Positions 41,086-49,850 of a stretch of 64,000 nt of DNA are shown here, one piece after another (position 1 is the first letter of the stretch; every line of letters starts with the position of its first letter). Under the pieces are notes generated by a model. The model searched no databases. It was not told the DNA's origin and worked only from the letters and a program-made list of their open reading frames with translations. Made by a program: the position numbers and the translations under genes. Source of the DNA: Candidatus Thermoflexus japonica (GTDB lineage Bacteria > Chloroflexota > Anaerolineae > Thermoflexales > Thermoflexaceae); NCBI GenBank assembly GCA_002898735.1, contig BEHY01000005.1, positions 4,772-68,771 on the forward strand. Reading direction: 5' to 3'.

Positions 41086-41976
41086 TTACGCCGGGCGCAC
41101 CTCGGTTTGCGCCCACTCCTCAAACAGCGCCACCAGGGCCGAATGATCCAGCTCCCCCTGCCCCCGAGTGACCAGCACCCCGAACCATTCGTGGATCAGA
41201 GCTGTAAGAGGGAGGCTCGCCCCGACGGCACGGCCCAGCCCCAGAGCGATTCGGAGATCCTTGTGGTGCAGGCGAACCCGGAATCCCGGGCGGAAGTTCC
41301 GCTCCAGGATCCGCTGGCCGTGAACCTCCAGGACGCGGCTGCTGGCGAAGCCCCCGAGAAGCGCCTGGCGCACCTTCGCTGGATCCACACCCGCTTTGGC
41401 CGCCAGGGTCAGCGCCTCGCTGATCGCGGCGATGGTGAGAGCCACCACGACCTGGTTGGCCGCCTTGGTTACCTGGCCAGCCCCCGGGCCGCCCATATAG
41501 ACGATATTCCGGCCCATCGCCTGGAAGATCGGGAGGCAGCGCTCAAAGGCCGATGCGTCCCCCCCGACCATGATGGAAAGCGTCCCCTGGATCGCGCCGA
41601 TCTCCCCGCCCGAGACCGGAGCATCCAGCATAGTGATCCCTCGCTCCGCCGCCCGGGCGGCGAGGCGCCGCGCGGCCATCGGATCGATGGTGCTCATATC
41701 GATCACGATCAGCCCTGGCCGTCCGCCCTCGAAGACCCCACCCGGCCCGGCCAGCACCTGCTCCACATCCGGAGTATCGGGGAGCACCGTGATCACCACA
41801 TCGCTGCGTTGCGCGACCTCTTTCGGGGAACCCACCGCCTCCGCCCCCTCTGCGGCCAGCTCCTCCATCGGTGCACGGCTCCGGTTGTAGACCACCAGCG
41901 GATACCCCGCCTTCATCAGGTTGCGGGCCATGGGCTTCCCCATCACGCCCAGGCCGATGAAACCGATGCGCTCCAT
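41086..41976 (-). CDS. garR: 2-hydroxy-3-oxopropionate (tartronate semialdehyde) reductase-like beta-hydroxyacid dehydrogenase
   Basis: GFIGLGVMG, DAPVSGG, GQVTKAANQ and FRPGFRVRLHHKDL. Confidence 0.8.
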   Translation of the reverse strand: MERIGFIGLGVMGKPMARNLMKAGYPLVVYNRSRAPMEELAAEGAEAVGSPKEVAQRSDVVITVLPDTPDVEQVLAGPGGVFEGGRPGLIVIDMSTIDPMAARRLAARAAERGITMLDAPVSGGEIGAIQGTLSIMVGGDASAFERCLPIFQAMGRNIVYMGGPGAGQVTKAANQVVVALTIAAISEALTLAAKAGVDPAKVRQALLGGFASSRVLEVHGQRILERNFRPGFRVRLHHKDLRIALGLGRAVGASLPLTALIHEWFGVLVTRGQGELDHSALVALFEEWAQTEVRPA

Positions 41977-42194
41977 CCCAGCCTCCCATGCGGTGAGATC
42001 CAGCAGGCCCGGACCCGCCCGGGGCCCTTCGAACCGCGTTGAAGGCTACGCTCGCCCGAGCACGGATCCGCGCCGAAGGTGGCCTCAGGCTCCGATTATA
42101 TCGGAGGATCCCGGCGCGAATCCGACACGCCGGAGGCGCTTCTGAAAGATCGCGATCGGGATTAAGGCGAACATTTCCGGAGAGGTGATCCGCT

Positions 42195-42518
42195 TTGTGG
42201 AACCTTCCATCTGGCCTTCCGGATCAGGAGCGCTTTGAGCGGACCGTTCAGCGGCTTCTCCAGGAGCGAGGAGAGGAGATCGAGTTCCTGGTTCTGTTCG
42301 GCTCCATCGCCCGGGGAGACTGTTCCTGGCGCAGCGATGATGATCTCCTCCTGGGCCTCCGGGAGGCGGATGGCCTGCGCCTGATCGATCGAATCCTGCA
42401 TTTCACGCCGCTGACCCCAGGAGGGAGAGTGAGTCCACAGCGCTACACGGGGGAACGGTTCAGCGCGATACGCGCCCATCGGGCGACCTGCGCCATCGCC
42501 TCCTCCAGGGAAGGCTGA
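42195..42518 (+). pseudogene. Degenerate minimal nucleotidyltransferase (MNT), likely a HEPN-MNT relic
   Basis: LVLFGSIARGD...SDDDLLL motif; last 76 nt overlap the iolO 3' end antisense; no intact HEPN partner. Confidence 0.55.
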
Positions 42519-43270
42519 GGCAGCACCTCTGCGGAGAGCCATCCCCCATACCCTGCCTCCCGGAGCGCCTTCAGGACAGACTCGAAATCCAGATGCCCCC
42601 ACCCGGGCGCCCACCGGTTGGAGTCCGCGATATGCACATGGAACAGCCGATCCCCCGCGCGCGCGATGGCCTTCTCCAGGGAGGCCTCCTCGATGTTGGC
42701 GTGGAAAGTGTCCAGCAGCACCCCCACATGGGATCGTCCCACCCGCTCGATGAGGGCCAGCGTTTCCTCGACCGTGTTCAGCAGGTCCGTTTCGTAGCGA
42801 TTGAGAGGCTCCAGCGCCAGCCGAACGGGATACGCAGCGGCCCGATCGGCCAGGTGCGCGATGGCCTCACCCAGCCACGCCAGCGCCCGGCCCCGGTCGA
42901 CGCCGGCCATAAGACGCCCGCGGATCAACCCGATGATCACCAGGCTCCCCCACTCCGCCGCCAGCTCCAGGTGGGCTTCCAGCCGGGCGAGGGCTGCCCG
43001 GCGCACCACAGCATCCGGATGGGTGAGGGACAACCCTTCCTCCACCCACGCCTGACCGGTGCCGATCGCTGGGATCCGCAGCGCATACCGCTCCAGAAGC
43101 GACCGCAGCCGGGGAACCGGAACCATCGCCGGATCCCGCACGGCCAGCTCCACACCGGCATAGCCCAACGCCCGTAGCCGCTCCAGGGTGCGTTCCAGAT
43201 CGTGAACGGCGGCAGCGGCTTCGAAGCGGGTGGGCTGCCAGGAAAGCACAAACGCCAGCGGCCATCCCAT
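42443..43270 (-). CDS. iolO: 5-keto-L-gluconate epimerase-like (xylose isomerase/AP endonuclease 2 fold)
   Basis: AIGTGQA..GLSLTHPD, EPLNRYETD, DTFHANIEE and ADSNRWAPG match Thermotoga IolO as recalled; context supports it. Confidence 0.8.
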   Translation of the reverse strand: MGWPLAFVLSWQPTRFEAAAAVHDLERTLERLRALGYAGVELAVRDPAMVPVPRLRSLLERYALRIPAIGTGQAWVEEGLSLTHPDAVVRRAALARLEAHLELAAEWGSLVIIGLIRGRLMAGVDRGRALAWLGEAIAHLADRAAAYPVRLALEPLNRYETDLLNTVEETLALIERVGRSHVGVLLDTFHANIEEASLEKAIARAGDRLFHVHIADSNRWAPGWGHLDFESVLKALREAGYGGWLSAEVLPQPSLEEAMAQVARWARIALNRSPV

Positions 43271-43274
43271 CCCT

Positions 43275-44096
43275 TCAAACCCCGGCGTAAGCGTTGAACC
43301 CCCCATCGATCGGCACCACCACCCCGGTGACAAAGGCGCTGGCCGGAGAGGCCAGCCAGATCACCGTGCCGATCAGATCCTCCGGGTCTCCGAACCGGCC
43401 CATCGGCGTATGTTCGAGGATCGCCCGGCCCCGCGGGGTCAGGTTCCCCTGCTCATCCAGGAGCAGATATCGATTCTGCCGGGTGAGGAAGAACCCCGGG
43501 GCGATCGCGTTCACACGGATCCTCGGCGAGTATTCCTGGGCCAGATGCACCGCCAGCCACTGGGTGAAATTGCTGACCGCCGCCTTGGCCGCGGCATAAC
43601 CCACCACACGGGTTAAGGGGCGGAAGGCCGCCATGGAGGAGACGTTGATGATGACCCCCTCGCCCGCCTCGACCATCTGTCGGGCGAAAACCTGGCTCGG
43701 GAGGATCGCCCCGCCGAAGAGGTTGAGGGCCACCACCTTCTCCAGGGCCTCCAGCGGCAGATCGAAGAATGAGCGCTCCGGCCCGACCGTGGCCTCCGGC
43801 ATATTCCCCCCCGCCAGGTTGATCAGGATGCTCACCGGCCCCACCTCCCGTCGGACCCGTTCCGCCACCGCTTCGATCTCCGCCCGGTTGAGCACATCCA
43901 TCCGGTAGCCACAAGCTTCCAGGCCCTCCATCTGCAATTCCGCCAGGCGACCCTCCAGGGGGCCGATGTCGGTGAGCACCAGACGGGCTCCCGCCCGACC
44001 CAGGCCTCGAGCGATCGCGCCCGCCAGAACCCCAGCGCCGCCCGTCAGCAACGCGACTTTCCCCTTCAGCGAGAACAGGGTTTCGAGGTAGCTCAT
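43275..44096 (-). CDS. uxuB: SDR family D-mannonate oxidoreductase (fructuronate reductase)
   Basis: TGGAGVL, AGGN, SFFD, YAAAK, GFFLTRQN and DGGFNAYAGV match the Bacillus UxuB/YjmF type as recalled. Confidence 0.75.
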   Translation of the reverse strand: MSYLETLFSLKGKVALLTGGAGVLAGAIARGLGRAGARLVLTDIGPLEGRLAELQMEGLEACGYRMDVLNRAEIEAVAERVRREVGPVSILINLAGGNMPEATVGPERSFFDLPLEALEKVVALNLFGGAILPSQVFARQMVEAGEGVIINVSSMAAFRPLTRVVGYAAAKAAVSNFTQWLAVHLAQEYSPRIRVNAIAPGFFLTRQNRYLLLDEQGNLTPRGRAILEHTPMGRFGDPEDLIGTVIWLASPASAFVTGVVVPIDGGFNAYAGV

Positions 44097-44259
44097 GGCA
44101 CCCCTCCTGAAAGCCTCGTCATCGGATAACAGCCCGCCCGCCATGGTCGGTAGATCGATCCGCCCCCTCTTCCCCGCTCGTGTGGGGAAGAGGAGGGGTC
44201 AGGGCGTTCGTTCCTCGGAAAAAGGGGCGGTCCCTTCCCGGCAGCCCCGAGAACCCCGC

Positions 44260-45678
44260 TCAATCCAGCCACTCCGTATGGAAAACACCAGGCCGATCGA
44301 TCCGCTCATAGGTGTGGGCTCCGAAGGCATCCCGCTGGGCCTGGATGAGGTTGGCCGGCAACCGGGAGCGGCGCATGGAGAGCACATAATCCACCGCCGT
44401 GCTCAGCGCAGGCATTGGGACCCCTGCCTCGAAGGCCCATCGCAAGACCCGTCCGGCCGCTGGCAGCCGCTGCTGGAGCTCAGCCCGGAATCGCGCGCTG
44501 AACAGCAGGTGCGGATCCTCCGGGTCCTCCCGAACGATCTCCCTCAGGAACCCCAGCCAGCGGGCGCGGATAATGCAACCGGCCCGCCAGACCCGCAGGA
44601 CCTCCGCCCGATCCGTTCCGTAGCTGTAGACCCGCGAAGCTTCGTGGAGCAACCAGAGCCCCTGAGAGAAAGCCGCCAGCAGCATCAGATTGAGCGCGGC
44701 CTCCAGGTCCGCCAGGACGCCCTCGGAAAAAGGCCCCAGACGCTGATCCGGCCACGGGAACCCGGCCCCAATTCGCTCCCGATCCGTCTTGAAGTAGGAA
44801 AGGGTGCGCGCGATCACCGCCACGGTGAGGGTGGGAGCGGGCACGCCCAGCTCCAGCGCGCTCTGGGCTGCCCACCGCCCCGTCCCCTTCTGCTCCGCGC
44901 GATCCATGATCCGCTCCACCAGCGGATCCCCGCTCTCCGGATCCCGGTATCGCAGGACGCGGGCGGCCAGCTCCGTGAGGAAGGCGTTCAACGCCCCCTC
45001 GTTCCAGCGCTCGAAGGTCTCCGCAATGGCTTCGACGGGCATCCCCAGGGCCGTCTTCATAAAGTCATAGGCCTCGGCGATGCCCTGCATGAAGGCGTAT
45101 TCGATGGCGTTATGCACCATCTTCACGTAGTGGCCGGCCCCACCCCGCCCCATATAGGCGCAGCATGGGCCCTCCTCACTCTGCGCCGCAATCCGGATGA
45201 ACATATGCTCGACCATGGCATAGGCTTCGGCGGACCCACCGGGCATGATGGAAGGGCCCAGCAGGGCCCCTTTCTCCCCCCCGCTGATCCCCACCCCCAG
45301 GAACCGGATCCCGTGGGCGGCCAGATTCTGCATGCGTCGCTCGGTATCCGCGTAATGGGAGTTTCCTCCATCCATCACCAGATCCCCCGGCTCCAGGAGG
45401 GGAAGCAACGCCTCGATCACCTGATCCACCGCCGACCCGGCCTGGACCATCAGCAGGATCCGGCGAGGGCGTTCCAGGCACCGCACGAATTCCTCCAGGG
45501 TGTAGGCGGGGATGATCGGCTCATCCCGCACGCGATCCCGCAGAAACCCCTCGGTCCGCTCCGGGGTCCGGTTGTAGACACACACCCGGAACCCGTGCCG
45601 GGCGAAATTCAGGGCCAGATTCTGGCCCATGACCGCCAGACCGATGATCCCGATCTCGCCACCGTTACGCATACGCAT
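44260..45678 (-). CDS. gnd: 6-phosphogluconate dehydrogenase, decarboxylating (long form)
   Basis: GLAVMG, VKMVHNAIEY, QKGTGRW and QAQRDAFGAHTY. Confidence 0.95.
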   Translation of the reverse strand: MRMRNGGEIGIIGLAVMGQNLALNFARHGFRVCVYNRTPERTEGFLRDRVRDEPIIPAYTLEEFVRCLERPRRILLMVQAGSAVDQVIEALLPLLEPGDLVMDGGNSHYADTERRMQNLAAHGIRFLGVGISGGEKGALLGPSIMPGGSAEAYAMVEHMFIRIAAQSEEGPCCAYMGRGGAGHYVKMVHNAIEYAFMQGIAEAYDFMKTALGMPVEAIAETFERWNEGALNAFLTELAARVLRYRDPESGDPLVERIMDRAEQKGTGRWAAQSALELGVPAPTLTVAVIARTLSYFKTDRERIGAGFPWPDQRLGPFSEGVLADLEAALNLMLLAAFSQGLWLLHEASRVYSYGTDRAEVLRVWRAGCIIRARWLGFLREIVREDPEDPHLLFSARFRAELQQRLPAAGRVLRWAFEAGVPMPALSTAVDYVLSMRRSRLPANLIQAQRDAFGAHTYERIDRPGVFHTEWLD

Positions 45679-47163
45679 TCACCCCCCAAAGATCTCCTGG
45701 TGACGGCGGAACGCCTCCTCCAGATCCCCCATCAGGGCCTGGAAGCGCTCGAACTGCCGCTCATAGATCGGAACCCAATCCGGCACCGGTTCGTAGATCC
45801 GCACAGGCACCTCCCGGACCGCTGACCATAGATCCGGGGCTGCGCCGATGGCGACCCGAGCCAGGGCGGCGCTTCCTGTTAGAGCCGGCTCCGCGATCTC
45901 CGGAACCTCAACCGGGGTCTGGAACACGGAGGCCAGGATGCGCATCCAGAGGGCTGAACGGGTTCCCCCGCCGCCTGCCCGAAGCCGCAATGGGGACAGA
46001 TCGTTGGCCCGCAGCGCCTCCAGGATCAACCGGAGGGCGAACGCCACCCCTTCCATGGCGGCCCGGGTGAGATGCCCCCGGTGGTGATGAGCGCGCAGGC
46101 CGAAGATCACCCCAGAGGCCAGATGGCTGATCCCCGGATAACGCTCGCCGGTCAAAAACGGAAGGAACAGAAGCCCGGTCGGCCCTCCGACGGCCTCGGC
46201 CAGGGCCTCCTGCTCCGCATACGCCAGACCCAGCACCGCCTCCTGCAACCACTGCAGGACGCTTCCCGCATTGTTGATGGCCCCGCCAGGGAACCAGCGA
46301 CCCCCGGCCAGATAATACGTCTGCAAGCGCATCTGCGGGAAGCGATCCAGGATCGGGCGATCGGCGACCCGGCGGATCATGGCCGTAGTCCCCAGGTTCA
46401 TCGCCCCGATGCCGGACGCGACGGCCCCCAATCCCAGGCCCACCGCTCCCCCATCATAGACCCCCGCGATCACCTCCACCTCCGGCCGGAGACCGAGGGC
46501 TTCGGCGGCTTCGGGGCGCAGGGAACCCATCCGGGTTTCCGGAAGGACCACCTCCGGCATGCGCTCCTCGGTGAGCTCCACGAGCGCCAGGATCTCCGGA
46601 TCCCAGCGCAGGGTATGCACGTTCATCAGCTGGGTCGCCGTGGCCAGGGAAGGCTCCGTCAGGAACCTTCCCAGAAGACGGAAGAGAATGTAATCCTTCG
46701 CCCCCACAAACCACCGGGCCCGGTGGAAGACATCGGGCCGGCGAACCCGGATCCATTCCAGCTTGGCCAGCGGATATTGAAAGAGGGGCGGACATCCTGT
46801 CCGCTGGTAGATCCTCCCGATATCCATGCGGGCCAGCAACCCCGGGAACGTCTCCTGGGGCCGGGTGTCGAGGAGGGTCATCAGCCCCATCAGGGGGCGA
46901 CCCGCCGCATCCACCGGCATGAGGCTGAGCTGATAGGCGGAAAGGACGATCCACCGGATCTCATCCGACGCCTCTCCGACCACCTCCCGCACGGCGGCCA
47001 CCAGCCGATCCCACAGGACCTCCGGATCATGCTCCGCCCGCCCGGTCTCATCCCGGGCCAGCGGAAGCGCCCGGATGGCCACCCCGTGGAGCTGTCCATC
47101 CCATCCGAAGCGACCGGCCTTCAGATGGGTCGTGCCGATATCCACGGCAAGGATTTGCGCCAT
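45679..47163 (-). CDS. gntK: FGGY family kinase, gluconokinase-like
   Basis: DIGTT, NLGTTAMIR, FLPFLTGER and GGGTRS; directly upstream of gnd. Confidence 0.75.
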   Translation of the reverse strand: MAQILAVDIGTTHLKAGRFGWDGQLHGVAIRALPLARDETGRAEHDPEVLWDRLVAAVREVVGEASDEIRWIVLSAYQLSLMPVDAAGRPLMGLMTLLDTRPQETFPGLLARMDIGRIYQRTGCPPLFQYPLAKLEWIRVRRPDVFHRARWFVGAKDYILFRLLGRFLTEPSLATATQLMNVHTLRWDPEILALVELTEERMPEVVLPETRMGSLRPEAAEALGLRPEVEVIAGVYDGGAVGLGLGAVASGIGAMNLGTTAMIRRVADRPILDRFPQMRLQTYYLAGGRWFPGGAINNAGSVLQWLQEAVLGLAYAEQEALAEAVGGPTGLLFLPFLTGERYPGISHLASGVIFGLRAHHHRGHLTRAAMEGVAFALRLILEALRANDLSPLRLRAGGGGTRSALWMRILASVFQTPVEVPEIAEPALTGSAALARVAIGAAPDLWSAVREVPVRIYEPVPDWVPIYERQFERFQALMGDLEEAFRRHQEIFGG

Positions 47164-47272
47164 ATCCTTCGGCCTCGAATTGGCTTTCCGGAGCGGGGCG
47201 GCGGATCACCCGGGGAGGCTCCCAGGGCGGGTCGATGGCCTTCGCGGCCAGCCCGGCCCCAGGCGGAGCGGG

Positions 47273-48325
47273 TTACCGAGAGGGAGCTACCCCACCCCCG
47301 GAGCCCGCAGGCGATTGCCGGGCGAACGCCCGGGCACGCGAGAGGACTTCGGGGTTCACCACTTCCTCCGGGATCTCCCCCCGGAGCACCCGCTCCACAT
47401 CGGAGATCACCTTCTCCCCCATACGCCGCAGCGTCTCGTGGGTGTAAGCGGCGATGTGGGGGACGATCAGCACGTTCGGGAAACGGAGGAGAGGATGATC
47501 CGGGCCGATGGGCTCCCCTTCCACCACGTCCAGAGCGGCCCCGGCCACGCGTCCGGATTCCAGCGCGGCGATCAGCGCCGCCTCGTCGATGAGCTCCCCC
47601 CGCGCCGTGTTCACCAGGATCACGCCCGGCTTCATCTTCCTGAAGGCCTCGTGGGAAAGCATATGGAAGTTTTCCTCCGTGAGGGCCGCGTGCAGAGAGA
47701 GGATGTCCGCCTCCCGAAGCAGGGTCTCCAGATCCACGGGCTCCGCCCCGCTCTCCCGGATGGCTTCGGAGGGCACCCCCGGATCGAAGGCCAGGACCCG
47801 GGCATGGAAGCCGTGCGCCAGGATCTCCCCCACCCGGCTTCCGATGTTCCCGAAGCCGATCAGCCCCACGGTCTTGCCCCGGAGCTCCCATCCGACGAAG
47901 GCCGCCCGCTCGGCCCAGCGTCCCTCCCGCGCGGCAGCGGCGGCCTCGGGGATCCGGCGGAGGAGCGCGAGCAACAGGGCGATCGTGAGCTCCGCCACGG
48001 CGTCCCGCTCCATCCAGGGGGTGACGCGGGTCACCAGCACCCCGTGGGCGGTTGCGGAAGGGAGGTGAATGTTATCCACCCCGATGCCATGGCGGGCGAT
48101 CAGCCAAGTCTCATCCTTGTGGGCGAAGAACTCCGGGCCGAACCGCGGCGTGACGCTCACGACGAGGATCTGGAAGCCGTGGAGCGCTTCAGCCAGGGCC
48201 CGGCCATCCATCTGCGGGGGAACGTCGATTCGCCGGACCTCCCCCAGGGCAGCCAGGCGCTCCAGATGTTCCGGGAAGTAGCGGCCGAAGCTGCTGGAGT
48301 TGACGATGGCGATGCGCAGGCGCAT
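47273..48325 (-). CDS. D-isomer-specific 2-hydroxyacid dehydrogenase
   Basis: RHGIGVDN, GLIGFGNIG, NTARG, LDVVEGEP and PHIAAY; distinctive N-terminal VNSSSFG. Confidence 0.9.
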   Translation of the reverse strand: MRLRIAIVNSSSFGRYFPEHLERLAALGEVRRIDVPPQMDGRALAEALHGFQILVVSVTPRFGPEFFAHKDETWLIARHGIGVDNIHLPSATAHGVLVTRVTPWMERDAVAELTIALLLALLRRIPEAAAAAREGRWAERAAFVGWELRGKTVGLIGFGNIGSRVGEILAHGFHARVLAFDPGVPSEAIRESGAEPVDLETLLREADILSLHAALTEENFHMLSHEAFRKMKPGVILVNTARGELIDEAALIAALESGRVAGAALDVVEGEPIGPDHPLLRFPNVLIVPHIAAYTHETLRRMGEKVISDVERVLRGEIPEEVVNPEVLSRARAFARQSPAGSGGGVAPSR

Positions 48326-48374
48326 CGTGGATGCGCTCCTCGTGGAGGATCGAGAGGCAGAGGCAGGCGATCGA

Positions 48375-49850
48375 TCAGCCGGACGGGCCGGGATCGATAC
48401 GGGCGCCTCGTCCGTCTCCAGCGGATTTTAGCAGGATTTCCAGATGGCGTTCCAGGTTCTCCCGGATGGCGGCATCGTGTTCCGCCTTGTGGCTCTCCAG
48501 GAGCTCCCGGATCGCAACCCCGCGCTCGCGCAGCAACACGCCATAGGAGATATGGAAGAGCTGCCGCACCGCACGGTCGGCCAGCGCCGCTTCCGGATCG
48601 CCGGGAAGGGCGGAGGGAAGGTCCTCCGGCCGCAACGCGATGGGGTAATCCCGGCGGCTCTCCTCCAGATGCGCGCGGGCGATGGCGTAAAGCTCGGCGA
48701 AGAAGGGCGGGTGCACACGGGCGATGACCCGCACCGCCTGCAACCAGGTGGTCCCGGAGGTCTTCACATGGAAGCAGCCACCGGTCGCCTCCCGGAAGAT
48801 GGGCAGGATGCGGAACTTCTCGCTTCCGGAATGGAGGCTGAGGCGATGGCCCCCGAAGGCCCGCGCGACCGCCGCATGCAGGGTCACGGCGCGGGCGAAG
48901 CGCGCCACGTCTCCCTCATAATCGACGGCCTTCTCGAAGATCCCCGGGAACCGGGGGGCCAGGCTCCAGAGGGCGACTCCTCGCCGCTGCAGATACACGG
49001 CGATGAAGGCGTGGGCTTCCGGGGTCGTTTCCTCCTCCGTCTCATCGACCGACACCTCCAGATCGGCGTCGATTCCCTGATCGCGAAGGATCCCGGCCCC
49101 GCGAACCACGTCCTCCAGGGCCGGCGCATAGCGGCAGGCCGCCGCCTGCAAAGCGGATTCCTGGAGGATCCATGGTCCCTCCGGCGTCTCGAGGCGGCGC
49201 CCGGCCAGCTCAGCGACCACGGATCGGGCCAGAGCGGGGAGCGCCTCCCATGGGCAGGGGCCCCGGGCCAGCGCCCGACGGAGGTCAAAGGTGTAGAGGG
49301 AGTAACCGGCTGCGGCTGCGGCGCGGAGCTGTTCCTCCTCCTGAAGGTGATCGGCGTCCGCTCCGAAGGGACCGGTGTAGCCAGCCTCCAGCACGCCCCA
49401 TACCGCATCCAGCAGGACAGCCTGGAAATCCCGGCCGGTGCGAGCAAGCTCCCGGGGCGACTGCTGAGCCAGCACGGGGAAGACCGGGTATCCCCGCAGG
49501 GCCGCGATCTGCGCAGCGGTCGCCATCCCCAGGCGATCCCCAGCCCCGAAGGACGCCGGCCGGTCGCAGCGCTGGGGAACCAGCGACAGCAGAGACCGCA
49601 GCGCAAGATAGTTGTCCCACATCCAGGGATACAGATTCACCCGATAGCGGCCCACGGGGATCGGCTCAGGGAGCAGCGGAGCAATCCGAAGCGGGAGCTC
49701 GGCCTCTCCCACCCACCCCACGGCCTTCCTCCCGGGACCGCGCGCTGCGAACCACCAGCCCTGTCCGGGGATCTCTCGGAACGAGCCAGGCAGGAGCTGG
49801 AACCCTTTTTCCTGGAGCGCATCCCCCAAGGCCTCCCCAGGGAAGTCCAT
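48375..49850 (-). CDS. uxaE: Tagaturonate/fructuronate epimerase
   Basis: SFGAGDRLG, AQQSPRE, GADADHL, SVDET, SLHSGSEKF and HVKTSGTTWL. Confidence 0.9.
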   Translation of the reverse strand: MDFPGEALGDALQEKGFQLLPGSFREIPGQGWWFAARGPGRKAVGWVGEAELPLRIAPLLPEPIPVGRYRVNLYPWMWDNYLALRSLLSLVPQRCDRPASFGAGDRLGMATAAQIAALRGYPVFPVLAQQSPRELARTGRDFQAVLLDAVWGVLEAGYTGPFGADADHLQEEEQLRAAAAAGYSLYTFDLRRALARGPCPWEALPALARSVVAELAGRRLETPEGPWILQESALQAAACRYAPALEDVVRGAGILRDQGIDADLEVSVDETEEETTPEAHAFIAVYLQRRGVALWSLAPRFPGIFEKAVDYEGDVARFARAVTLHAAVARAFGGHRLSLHSGSEKFRILPIFREATGGCFHVKTSGTTWLQAVRVIARVHPPFFAELYAIARAHLEESRRDYPIALRPEDLPSALPGDPEAALADRAVRQLFHISYGVLLRERGVAIRELLESHKAEHDAAIRENLERHLEILLKSAGDGRGARIDPGPSG

